NCBI GenBank assembly: GCA_030645735.1
Contig: JAUSNP010000001.1
Location: forward strand, 7,502-71,501
Source: Candidatus Moraniibacteriota bacterium
Lineage (GTDB): Bacteria; Patescibacteriota; Minisyncoccia; Moranbacterales; UBA2206
Direction of reading: 5' to 3'
DNA length: 64,000 nt
In this document: piece after piece, positions 9,626-18,192 of the stretch
Position numbering within the stretch: the stretch's first letter is position 1
How the letters are laid out: each line of letters starts with the position of its first letter
Notes under the pieces: generated by a model
Seen by the model: only the letters and a program-made list of their open reading frames with translations
The model's database searches: none
What the model was told of the DNA's origin: nothing
Made by a program: the position numbers and the translations under genes

Positions 9626-10543
9626 ATGAATTACATTGTTCTCGCCACGGTTGCATATTTTATGGTCGCTTTAGAAGTTATCCTAGATAAATTTTTGCTA
9701 AGCTCTAAGCGAATTTCTCATCCAGCCATCTATGCCTTTTATTCTGGTCTTTTGACCGCTTTTGTATTTTTCATGGTGCCATTTGGTTTTCACACGATGA
9801 CGCCATATTTTGCCATGGTGAGCATCGTGACAGGAATTATTTTTACTTATGGATTCTTGACCTTATTTTTTGCTATCAATAAAAGTGAAGCTAGTCGAGT
9901 GATGCCAGTGGTTGGAGCGGTTGTGCCATTGGTGACATTTGTTCTTTCTGGTAGTTTATTATCTGAATATTTAAATGGAGTGCAATTGGCCGGAGTGTTA
10001 GCTTTGATTGCTGGTGGACTTCTGATTTCTTTTGATTTTCCATTGAAAAACAAGAAGAAATTTTTTCATGGTTTTTATTATTCAATTTTGGCGGGTATTC
10101 TTTTTGCCATCGAAGTCACTTCTTTCAAATATTTGAGTGATAATTATACTTTTGCCAATGTATTTATCTGGACGCGCTGGGGTGTGACCTTGGGAGCGTT
10201 GAGTTTGTTGCTCATTCCTCATTGGAGAAAAGTCATTTTGAATTCTTTCGGTAGTTTCAAAAATACTAAAAAAGAACATCATCAGACTGGAGGACTTTTT
10301 ATTTTGAATAAAGTTTTGGGTGGCGCTGGATCAATTCTAACCAAAAAAGCTATCACTTTGGGTAGCGCGACCGTAGTGAGTGCCTTGGTTTCGACTGAAT
10401 ATGTTTTTATTCTATTGATTGGTTTGGTGATGTCATTCCATTTCCCAAGAATTTTCCAAGAGAAAGAAGATGTTTTAGGCATAACGCAAAAAATAGTTTC
10501 AATTTTGATTATTTCGCTAGGCGTAGTTCTCATATCTCGTTAA
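9626..10543 (+). CDS. Multi-pass (about 10 TM) membrane protein, DMT/EamA-like transporter
   Basis: Hydropathy pattern of two 5-TM halves; weak family assignment. Confidence 0.45.
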   Translation: MNYIVLATVAYFMVALEVILDKFLLSSKRISHPAIYAFYSGLLTAFVFFMVPFGFHTMTPYFAMVSIVTGIIFTYGFLTLFFAINKSEASRVMPVVGAVVPLVTFVLSGSLLSEYLNGVQLAGVLALIAGGLLISFDFPLKNKKKFFHGFYYSILAGILFAIEVTSFKYLSDNYTFANVFIWTRWGVTLGALSLLLIPHWRKVILNSFGSFKNTKKEHHQTGGLFILNKVLGGAGSILTKKAITLGSATVVSALVSTEYVFILLIGLVMSFHFPRIFQEKEDVLGITQKIVSILIISLGVVLISR

Positions 10544-10562
10544 AAATAAAATTCAATATAAA

Positions 10563-11579
10563 ATGGAGATTATAAAAAAAATATTAAAAGTCATCGGAAT
10601 AATCCTGCTGAGTTTGTTTGGATTTATTCTGATAATGTTCGGCTATTTCAATCTACCGGCAGAAAATAATAACGATGGTGCCAAATTGGGCATGACTTTT
10701 TCCAGCACCTATTCATCCAGCATGGGTCTGGATTGGAAAGCTAATTATATCGCGATGTTGGATGATTTGCACATCAAAAAAATTCGCATTCCAGTTTATT
10801 GGGACATGGTAGAAATCAAAAAAGGCGATTATGATTTTTCGGATGTGGATTGGCAATTGAATGAGGCTCGGAAAAGAAACGCTGAAATTATTTTAGCTAT
10901 CGGTCAGAAAACTCCGCGTTGGCCAGAATGCAATGTTCCACAGTGGGTGAAAGAAGATGAGCAAAATAGAAAAGAAAGTCTTTTGGAATATGTGGCTGTT
11001 TCTATGAATCGCTATAAAAATGATCCAGTAGTGAAATATTGGCAAATCGAAAATGAACCATTTTTGCCATTTGGTATTTGTCCCAAACCGGACGCCAGTC
11101 TTTTGGACAGCGAATTGGCAGTGGCGCGCTCAATCGACAATACACGCCAAATCATAGTGACTGACAGTGGCGAATTGAGTTTGTGGGTGCAAGCGGCCAA
11201 GCGCGCCGACATTTTTGGCACCACGATGTATCGAACAATTTATAAAAAAGGCCTTGGCTATGTTGAATATCCAATCGGACCAAGATTTTTTCAATTCAAG
11301 CATGCAATAATCAAGCTGTTTGCGCACCAAAACAACGCCATTGTCATTGAACTGCAAGCCGAGCCATGGATCATGGGTTCTACAATAGATAATACATTGG
11401 AAGAACAATTCAAATCTATGAATCCAGAACAACTAGTGAGCAATGTTGAGTATGCCGAGAAAGTTAATTTCCCGCAGATATATTTATGGGGCGTGGAATG
11501 GTGGTATTGGTTGAAAGAAAAGCAAAATCATCCAGAACTTTGGAATACGGCGCGTGACCTATATCTCAATCGACAATAA
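10563..11579 (+). CDS. Membrane-anchored clan GH-A glycoside hydrolase (GH5/GH113-like)
   Basis: N-terminal TM; WQIENEP acid/base motif and ELQAEPW candidate nucleophile in a (beta/alpha)8-like spacing. Confidence 0.5.
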   Translation: MEIIKKILKVIGIILLSLFGFILIMFGYFNLPAENNNDGAKLGMTFSSTYSSSMGLDWKANYIAMLDDLHIKKIRIPVYWDMVEIKKGDYDFSDVDWQLNEARKRNAEIILAIGQKTPRWPECNVPQWVKEDEQNRKESLLEYVAVSMNRYKNDPVVKYWQIENEPFLPFGICPKPDASLLDSELAVARSIDNTRQIIVTDSGELSLWVQAAKRADIFGTTMYRTIYKKGLGYVEYPIGPRFFQFKHAIIKLFAHQNNAIVIELQAEPWIMGSTIDNTLEEQFKSMNPEQLVSNVEYAEKVNFPQIYLWGVEWWYWLKEKQNHPELWNTARDLYLNRQ

Positions 11580-11801
11580 ACTTCCAAGAATTGAAAATAC
11601 GGCTAAAGACCACCTTTAAGAAGGGCGGTCTTTTGTTGCTGATCTGAATTAAGTTGACTCCTAGGGGCAAATTTGACCTCATAAGCTATCTGAGGGCTCA
11701 GCAACTGCCTTCGTTGGTTTTGGAATAAGTTTTGTTTATGGTACTATTTTGTTAGAGCCTGCTCATAATCTCATGTCTAGATAAATAGTATCTTTTCTTT
11801 T

Positions 11802-12470
11802 ATGTCTCGGGTTATTGTAGATATTGAAACAATTGGCAAGGATTTTGCGAGCTATGACCAAAAAAGTCAGGAGTATCTTTTGAAATATGCGCAGACTGAG
11901 GAGGAGCAGGAGGCAGTCAAAAAAAGTTTGGCCCTGCATGCTCTGACGGGCGAGGTGGTGACTATCGGTATGCTCAATCCTGACACGGGCAAAGGCGTGA
12001 TGCTCTTTCAAAGCAAGGGTGAAGTCATTGAGGATTTTTCCGAAGATGGACTTTTCTATGAAGCTGGCACAGAGAAAGAGTTATTGGAAAAATTTTGGGA
12101 CATGGTGAAGACATACAAGCAAATAATCACTTTCAATGGTCGCAATTTTGACATTCCGTTTTTGATGACACGCAGTGCCATCAATGGCGTGCGAGTGTCG
12201 CGCAACTTCATGGGCTATCGCTACAATCCGAAAGAACATTGTGATTTGATGGAGCAATTGACCTTCTATGGGGCGACTCGCAAATTCAATCTGGATTTTT
12301 ATGCCAAATCCTTCGGCATCAAGAGTTCCAAAGATGAAGGCATCGACGGTTCGATGGTAGGTGAGTTGTATAAACAAAAGAGATATTTGGATGTGGCGCG
12401 CTATTGTCATCGTGATCTTCTGACAACCAAAGGTTTGTATGAATATTGGGATAAATATTTGAGTTTTTAG
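11802..12470 (+). CDS. Predicted 3'-5' exonuclease, RNase H-like fold (COG3298, related to the PolB exonuclease domain)
   Basis: N-terminal VIVDIETIG (Exo I DxE) motif; length about 220 aa. Confidence 0.55.
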   Translation: MSRVIVDIETIGKDFASYDQKSQEYLLKYAQTEEEQEAVKKSLALHALTGEVVTIGMLNPDTGKGVMLFQSKGEVIEDFSEDGLFYEAGTEKELLEKFWDMVKTYKQIITFNGRNFDIPFLMTRSAINGVRVSRNFMGYRYNPKEHCDLMEQLTFYGATRKFNLDFYAKSFGIKSSKDEGIDGSMVGELYKQKRYLDVARYCHRDLLTTKGLYEYWDKYLSF

Positions 12471-12477
12471 AATTAGC

Positions 12478-12560
12478 ATTGTCATTCCCGTGGAAACGGG
12501 AATCCAGTCACACAGCATTAAGTTTCTACACTAGATTCCCGCCTACGCGGGAATGACAAA
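12478..12560. mobile_element. MITE-like palindromic element, copy B (perfect TIR ttgtcattcccg ... cgggaatgacaa)
   Basis: 12-bp terminal inverted repeats plus internal hairpins; its 3' TIR provides the ATG at 12553. Confidence 0.6.
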
Positions 12561-12567
12561 TAAAAAA

Positions 12568-13053
12568 ATGAAAGGCAAAGAATTATATATCATCGCGCAC
12601 AACATTCGCAGTGCTCACAATGTGGGGGCGATTTTTCGTTCCAGCGATGGAGCGGGGGTGGATAAGATTTTTTTGAGTGGTTATTCACAACGACCAGCAT
12701 CAGCTGATAAGCAAGATCTGGTGAAACCAGAAAAGATGTTGGCCAAAACGGCACTGGGCGCTGAGTTGAGTGTGGCTTGGGAAGGCGCTGATGATCTAGT
12801 CAAGCTTATTAATAAACTGAAAAAAGAAGGCGTGCAGATTGTGGCTCTAGAAAAAACTGAAGGCAGTGTAGATATTCGCAAATTCCAGCCAACCTTTCCG
12901 ATGGCCTTGATTTTGGGACACGAAGTGGATGGTGTGAAAGATGAGGTTTTGCAATTGTGCGACGCCGTGATTGAAATCCCGATGCGCGGACAGAAAGAAT
13001 CCCTGAATGTTTCCGTGGCCACAGGCATCGCGATTTATGAATTGCTTGGATAA
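12568..13053 (+). CDS. SpoU/TrmH-family RNA 2'-O-methyltransferase (SPOUT)
   Basis: HNVGAIFRSSDGAG, LILGHEVDGV and IEIPMRGQKESLNVSVATGIAIYEL motifs; an alternative start at 12553 lies inside the MITE. Confidence 0.85.
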   Translation: MKGKELYIIAHNIRSAHNVGAIFRSSDGAGVDKIFLSGYSQRPASADKQDLVKPEKMLAKTALGAELSVAWEGADDLVKLINKLKKEGVQIVALEKTEGSVDIRKFQPTFPMALILGHEVDGVKDEVLQLCDAVIEIPMRGQKESLNVSVATGIAIYELLG

Positions 13054-13068
13054 TGGTATAATAATACT

Positions 13069-13764
13069 ATGAATAATAAAAAGAATAAATTGGCGGTATT
13101 TGATATTGATGGTACGATTTTTCGCAAAAATCTGGCTTTTGAGTTGATCAATGAATTAGCCTGGCGGGGGATTTTCAAAAAAGAAGTGCGGTCAGAACTT
13201 GTACGGCATTATAGTAATTGGCTGGATCACAAAGGTACTTATGAAGATTATCGCAAAGCTCTGGTAGCCTTGTATGCGGACAATATTAAAGGATGCAAAA
13301 GGGAGGATGTTCTGAAAGCTGCTAAGGGTGTTATGCCTTTCTATCAAGATCGAACCTATGTTTTTGCTGAGAATTTGATCAAGAAATTGAAAGCGGAAAA
13401 TTACAATATCATTGCCGTATCTGGTTCACCAAGTGAAATTGTAGAAGAATATAATAAACACTTGAAGTTTGACGCGGTTTTTGGTTCAGTTTATGAAACT
13501 GATGCAGGTGATATTTACACAGGAGGTGCAGTTTTTGAGCCAACCAAAGGTAAGAGTCAGGTAGTCAGACAATATTTAACTGAAAATAATCTAACTCTGG
13601 AAGGCTCTTACGGAATTGGTGATACTGAATCAGACGCTTCAGTTTTGGAAATTGTGGAAAATCCAATTGCCTTCAATCCGAATTCCAATCTAAAGGAAAT
13701 TGCGCAAGCCAAGGGTTGGAAAATCATCGTGGAGAAAAAGGATGTTATTTATGAAATAAAATAA
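13069..13764 (+). CDS. HAD-IB family hydrolase (phosphoserine phosphatase-like)
   Basis: FDIDGTI motif I; GIGDTESD motif IV. Confidence 0.75.
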   Translation: MNNKKNKLAVFDIDGTIFRKNLAFELINELAWRGIFKKEVRSELVRHYSNWLDHKGTYEDYRKALVALYADNIKGCKREDVLKAAKGVMPFYQDRTYVFAENLIKKLKAENYNIIAVSGSPSEIVEEYNKHLKFDAVFGSVYETDAGDIYTGGAVFEPTKGKSQVVRQYLTENNLTLEGSYGIGDTESDASVLEIVENPIAFNPNSNLKEIAQAKGWKIIVEKKDVIYEIK

Positions 13765-13771
13765 AAAATTT

Positions 13772-13960
13772 ATGACACTAATATTATTAATCATTGGTTT
13801 TATATTATTCGGTCTTATCTGGTTGTTTGTGGAACTTGTAACGGCCAAAAGTCTCAACGATTTTTTGGATGAAAAAATCATGCGCAGGATGAAATGGCTG
13901 TGGTTGCCAGTCTATGCGTTGTGGCGGATGTCCAAAGAAGTTATTTTCAATAAAAAATAA
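13772..13960 (+). CDS. Small hydrophobic protein (62 aa)
   Basis: ORF with a single TM; coding status uncertain. Confidence 0.3.
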   Translation: MTLILLIIGFILFGLIWLFVELVTAKSLNDFLDEKIMRRMKWLWLPVYALWRMSKEVIFNKK

Positions 13961-13971
13961 AATATGCAGCA

Positions 13972-14008
13972 TAAAAAAACTCTCAGATTTCTCTGAGAGT
14001 TTTTTTTG
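13972..14008. terminator. Bidirectional rho-independent terminator between convergent genes
   Basis: aaaaaaactctcaga-tttc-tctgagagtttttttt: 9-bp stem with A/T runs on both sides. Confidence 0.8.
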
Positions 14009-14020
14009 TTATCGAAAGAT

Positions 14021-14365
14021 TTACTTGACCTTCTCGATGAATTTTGCAAATACGGCTGGATTCTCCATAGCCATTTGTGACAAAACTTTTCGGTCTACTT
14101 CAATTTTCTTGTCAGACATAGTCTTGATTAGGATACTGTATTTCATACCCAGTTCACGAACTGCAGTATTAAGTCGAGTGATCCACAGTCTGCGCATTGA
14201 GCGTTTCTTGGCTCGTCGGTCACGATAGGCGTAGGCACCAGCCTTGATCAAGGCTTGTTTAGCTGAGCGATAGAGGGAACTTCTTTTCCATCGATATCCA
14301 CTCGCGTCTTCCAAGACATTCTTTCTGCGTTTTGAAGCGGCTACTCCGCGTTTTACTCTTGTCAT
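14021..14365 (-). CDS. rplT: 50S ribosomal protein L20
   Basis: MTRVKRGVAASKRRKNVLE...YRDRR typical of L20. Confidence 0.95.
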   Translation of the reverse strand: MTRVKRGVAASKRRKNVLEDASGYRWKRSSLYRSAKQALIKAGAYAYRDRRAKKRSMRRLWITRLNTAVRELGMKYSILIKTMSDKKIEVDRKVLSQMAMENPAVFAKFIEKVK

Positions 14366-14402
14366 AGTATTAGTATAAAAAAATCATTATTTAACTTGGG
14401 TA

Positions 14403-14612
14403 TTAGCGTTGGGCGCTTTTGCTTGGCAAACCTCGCAACATGTTCGCTTCATCAGCTTTGAAGAGTCGCACATCACCTTGCTTGGCCATTCCTTCTCGTC
14501 CAGTTTCCTTGCGATTGTAATGGTTGTGTCCGGTGATTCGGCGAGTAACTTTTCCACTGCCAGTCACTTTGACTCTTTTCTTCACAGCTTTTCTTGTTTT
14601 TAATTTTGGCAT
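14403..14612 (-). CDS. rpmI: 50S ribosomal protein L35
   Basis: MPKLKTRKAVKKRVKVTGSGKV...; position between infC and rplT. Confidence 0.85.
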   Translation of the reverse strand: MPKLKTRKAVKKRVKVTGSGKVTRRITGHNHYNRKETGREGMAKQGDVRLFKADEANMLRGLPSKSAQR

Positions 14613-14620
14613 ATATTTTA

Positions 14621-14722
14621 TAACTCGTAACTAGTAACTCGTAACTAGTAATTGGAGCGTCATCTTATTAATTGGCTTATTTATAATCTATGCTAGTTAC
14701 TGATTACCAGTTACTAGTTACT
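14621..14722. promoter_or_regulatory. Two inverted arrays of 7-nt repeats (taactMg)x4 forming a ~24-bp stem around a 40-nt loop in the infC-rpmI spacer; candidate L20 autoregulatory or processing structure
   Basis: taactcgtaactagtaactcgtaactagtaa ... ttactgattaccagttactagttac are reverse complements of each other. Confidence 0.45.
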
Positions 14723-14726
14723 TGTT

Positions 14727-15283
14727 TTATACTTCTGGCGTTAGCACTGCATTAAAGCCACTGGGATATCTTTTCACTTCCTGATCAAGCTTATAAGGGA
14801 CAGTGATGATTTTCAAGAAATCTTCAAGGTTCTTTCGGGCTAGATCTTGGTGAGCTTTTTCTCGGCCACGCAAGAAAATTTCAACTTTCACTTTCTGACC
14901 TTTTTTGAGAAATTTTTCAGCCATATCTTTCTTGACTTCCAAATCGTGAGTGTCAGTTCGGAAACCAATACGAATTCCTTTGACATCAATTTTTTTCTGT
15001 TTGGCTTTGTTAACTCGATCAAGTCTGGATTGTTGATATTGATATTTGCCATAGTCCATGATTTTGCAAACCGGCGGCTTGGCCATCGGTGCAATTTCCA
15101 CTAGGTCCAAATCTTGTTCGCGAGCAACTTGCAAGGCATCAAACGGAGTCATGACTCCAAGTTGATTTCCCGCATCGTCGATTACGCGAATTTGTGGAAC
15201 CCTAATGTATTCATTTATTCTGGTAAGCGGACCTTTTTTTACGAACGGCCGCTTGGTTGGTACTCTTCTAATAGTTTTGATAT
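14727..15283 (-). CDS. infC: Translation initiation factor IF-3 with a non-ATG start (probably AUA/AUU)
   Basis: The ATG-ORF begins at MTPFDAL, but the conserved N-domain (RINEYIRVPQIRVIDDAGNQLGV) lies upstream in frame; an in-frame stop sits at 15287-15289. Confidence 0.85.
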
Positions 15284-15296
15284 TAATTATTATTTG

Positions 15297-15708
15297 TGGA
15301 GATGGCGAGAATCGAACTCGCGTCCAAAATCATTCATCTAAAACAATCTACAAGCGTAGTCTATCCGTTTGATTCGATTAAAAAGTGGAGGATAGACAAA
15401 ACCTTTTCAATCTATTGCTAATGTAGTTTTATCGAAGTGACTTAGAAAATATCAGATCGACTATCCTGATGTTTTGACACCGAGATCCATCTATCAGGAG
15501 TTGATGGTTCGATGACTACTGCGATAAGGCCTGTAAGGCGATATTTAGGCAATAGCAACCGCAAAATTTGAAGTAAATGCTTGCGCAAATACTGATTTCG
15601 CTTTTGTTATGAAGTTTGCACTTATAACTTTGATACAAATTTAACGAGTAATTATCATCCTCGGCTTGCATATTTTAAACGTACGACCTGTCGAAACCAA
15701 ACATCCCC
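15297..15708 (-). ncRNA. ssrA: tmRNA (SsrA), about 412 nt
   Basis: 5' end GGGGATGTTTGGTTTCGACAGG (tmRNA consensus GGGGnTG...GGnTTCGAC); 3' tRNA-like end GGACGCGAGTTCGATTCTCGCCATCTCCA; candidate tag reading frame ending ...SNFAVAIA-taa; immediately adjacent to smpB. Confidence 0.85.
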
Positions 15709-15721
15709 AGAGGGGAACAGT

Positions 15722-16168
15722 CTAGTTGTTTTTTAGCTCTCTTTTGATATTTCTCTCGACTTCTCGCTTGCTGATTGTTTCGCGTTTGTCATATTTCTTT
15801 TTTCCTTTACCTACGCCAAATTCCAGCTTCAATAGTCGTTTCTTAGTATACACTCGAATGGGTACCAATGTCAAGCCTTGGATACGCACTTTGCCCGTTA
15901 AATGCTTGATTTCCGATTTGCGTAGCAAAAGCTTCCTTGGCTGGGTCGGATCATAGTTTTTGATCTCGCCTGCTTGTTTGTAGGGAGTGATGTGGGCGTT
16001 GGTTAAATAGAGCTCGCCGCCTGCAACTGTCACAAAGCTTTCTTTGAGACTGATATGGCCCATTTTGACCGATTTGACCTCAGCTCCAGTCAACACCAAG
16101 CCGGCCTCATATTTGTCTGAGATTTCATAATCGAAATTAGCGCGTTTGTTGTAGGCGAGTGTTGTCAT
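15722..16168 (-). CDS. smpB: SsrA-binding protein SmpB
   Basis: ANFDYEISDKYEAGLVLTGAEVKS matches the SmpB N-terminus. Confidence 0.9.
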   Translation of the reverse strand: MTTLAYNKRANFDYEISDKYEAGLVLTGAEVKSVKMGHISLKESFVTVAGGELYLTNAHITPYKQAGEIKNYDPTQPRKLLLRKSEIKHLTGKVRIQGLTLVPIRVYTKKRLLKLEFGVGKGKKKYDKRETISKREVERNIKRELKNN

Positions 16169-16250
16169 ATATACAGCTTATCATTTAATTATAGGTTAAT
16201 ACAAGCGCCAAAGCTTTATTTTTTCAGCGGGATAGGTTAGAATTAGAAGT

Positions 16251-17840
16251 ATGAAAAAACAATTGGCAGAAATCATCAAAAAAGCTGTTTTGGAGCTGTT
16301 CGACCTTGAACAAGCTGATTTTGCTGTGGAATATCCGAAAGACGAGAAATTTGGGGATTATGCGGCCAATGTGGCGATGGTTTTGGCCAAAAAGTTAGGG
16401 AAGAGCCCAATTGAGATTGCTGAGGCAATCAAGTTACAAGTTACAAGTTACAAGTTACAAACTTTTGAAAAGATTGAAGTGGTGGCGCCGGGGTATATCA
16501 ATTTTTATTTGTCAGAAAAATATTTGCAGGATGTTGTGGTTGAGATTCAAGACAAAAAAGAAAAGTTTGGAGAAAGTGAAATTGGTAAAGGCGTGAAAAT
16601 AAACAATGAATTTATTTCAGCCAATCCAACAGGCCCTTTGACGGTGGGGAATGGTCGTGGAGGATTTTGTGGTGATGCAATTTCTCGTGTGCTTCGAAAA
16701 ACTGGATTTGAAGTCGTGAATGAATATTATATAAACGATGCTGGTGGACAAGTCTTGAAATTGGGGCACAGTGTGTTGAAAGATGAAGAAGCTGCCTATA
16801 CTGGAGAATATATTGATGAGCTGAATAAAAAATATGGCGAGCTGACTGATGTAAAAGAAATTGGTCAATTAGCAGCCAAGGAAGTTTTAGAGAATATCAT
16901 CAAAAAAGTAGTTGTAGAAAAAATGCAGATTTCTTTTGATGTTTGGATGAGTGAGAAAAAAATTCAAGATGAAAATTTTGTTGAAAGGTCTATTGAAATT
17001 TTGAAAGAAAAAAAGCTGACCTATGAATCAGAAGGTGCTTTGTGGTTGAAGACGACGAAATTCGGTGATGATAAGGACCGTGTGCTGATAAAGAGTGATG
17101 GGCAGAAATCATATTTTGCTGGTGACTGTGGCTATATGTTAAACAAGATTGAAAGAAATTTCAGTCGCTTGATTATGGGGTTGGGTGCGGATCATCATGG
17201 TTACATTTCCAGATTGCGTGCCGTAGCCAAAGCCTTAGGGTTTGAAGGTGATTTTCGTTTTGTGATTTCACAATTAGTACGCATCATGAAAGATGGCAAA
17301 GAAGCTAGGATGAGTAAACGCGCTGGCAATGTTGTGAATGTTGATGAGCTGATTGATGCAGTTGGATCGGATGTAACTAGATTTTTTTTCTTGATGTATT
17401 CACCCGATACTCATATGAGTTTTGATTTAGGCTTGGCGGAAGAGAAATCACAGAAGAACCCAGTTTTCTATGTGCAATATGCGCATGCTAGGATTTGTAG
17501 TGTTGTGCGCAAAGCGCAAGATTCAATAACCAAGATACAAGATACAAATAATGTTGATTTATCTTTGCTTAAAGATGAAAAAGAATTGAGTTTGATTCGT
17601 GAACTGAATAAGTTTCCAGAATTGGTGGAAGAACTTTCTCAAAGTTATGAGGTTCACAAGCTTCCATATTTTGCTATTAAGTTGGCTGATAAATTTCATT
17701 CTTTCTACAATGCTTGTAAGGTGATTGATGAGGAAAATTTGGAATTGACCAAAGCGCGTTTGAATTTGATAACTGCAGTGAAGATTGTCTTGGCAGAAAC
17801 TTTGGATTTGATTGGGGTGAGTGCGCCGGAAAAGATGTGA
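16251..17840 (+). CDS. argS: Arginine--tRNA ligase
   Basis: HHGYISRLRAVAKALG, RMSKRAGNVVNV (KMSK-type), and the C-terminal DALR anticodon-binding region. Confidence 0.95.
   Translation: MKKQLAEIIKKAVLELFDLEQADFAVEYPKDEKFGDYAANVAMVLAKKLGKSPIEIAEAIKLQVTSYKLQTFEKIEVVAPGYINFYLSEKYLQDVVVEIQDKKEKFGESEIGKGVKINNEFISANPTGPLTVGNGRGGFCGDAISRVLRKTGFEVVNEYYINDAGGQVLKLGHSVLKDEEAAYTGEYIDELNKKYGELTDVKEIGQLAAKEVLENIIKKVVVEKMQISFDVWMSEKKIQDENFVERSIEILKEKKLTYESEGALWLKTTKFGDDKDRVLIKSDGQKSYFAGDCGYMLNKIERNFSRLIMGLGADHHGYISRLRAVAKALGFEGDFRFVISQLVRIMKDGKEARMSKRAGNVVNVDELIDAVGSDVTRFFFLMYSPDTHMSFDLGLAEEKSQKNPVFYVQYAHARICSVVRKAQDSITKIQDTNNVDLSLLKDEKELSLIRELNKFPELVEELSQSYEVHKLPYFAIKLADKFHSFYNACKVIDEENLELTKARLNLITAVKIVLAETLDLIGVSAPEKM
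16439..16469 (+). repeat. 7-nt tandem repeat (agttaca)x4, in-frame in argS
   Basis: caagttacaagttacaagttacaagttacaa encodes KLQVTSYKLQ. Confidence 0.8.
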
Positions 17841-18094
17841 GGATATAAATCACAAATCAATCACTAATTTTTCTCGAATATTCACGAATGTTTATGAGTG
17901 GCTTGATGGGATTTACAAAAACCTTATTATGAGGTAATATTTGGATACAAAAGCTTTGATGGAGCAATCACTCCGGAGCTTTGGAAAGAAAGTCGCAAGA
18001 CCCTAGACTCCAACGGGTATGCCCGTAATAGCTTGAATTAAGAGTCGCAAATCATAGAACGCATAACGTGGAACGCAAAAACGTTTCGCGATCC

Positions 18095-18145
18095 ACGTTT
18101 CACGATACGCGATTGAACTAAGGTGGTACCACGTCGTTGACGTCC
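18095..18145 (+). promoter_or_regulatory. T-box-like sequence (AACTAAGGTGGTACCACG) in the 300-bp leader upstream of the HD-ileS pair
   Basis: Close match to the T-box consensus AAnnAGGGUGGUACCGCG, followed by short hairpins and T-runs; stem I / specifier loop not confidently identified. Confidence 0.35.
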
Positions 18146-18192
18146 TTATGCATTTTTTGCAGAGGGCTTTTTTTATTTTAAAATATAAAGAT

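Noticed and set aside
11580-11800. 220-bp ORF-free region screened for tRNA or promoter
   Set aside because: No T-loop (GTTCGA/TTCAAAT) motif and no well-spaced -35/-10; left unannotated apart from a weak hairpin
12553-12567. ATG at 12553 as the SpoU start
   Set aside because: This ATG lies within the MITE terminal repeat; the downstream ATG at 12568 (MKGKELYII) aligns with the family's N-terminus. Retained only as an alternative
15114-15341. + strand ORF (75 aa) ending ...WRWRESNSRP
   Set aside because: Overlaps the infC 5' region and the 3' tRNA-like end of tmRNA on the opposite strand; the peptide is a translation artefact of the T-arm sequence
15297-15390. Possible ordinary tRNA (T-arm GAGTTCGATTCTC, ending CTCCA)
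   Set aside because: No matching 5' acceptor, D or anticodon arms within 90 nt; instead the complementary GGGGATG lies 412 nt upstream, so it is the tRNA-like domain of tmRNA
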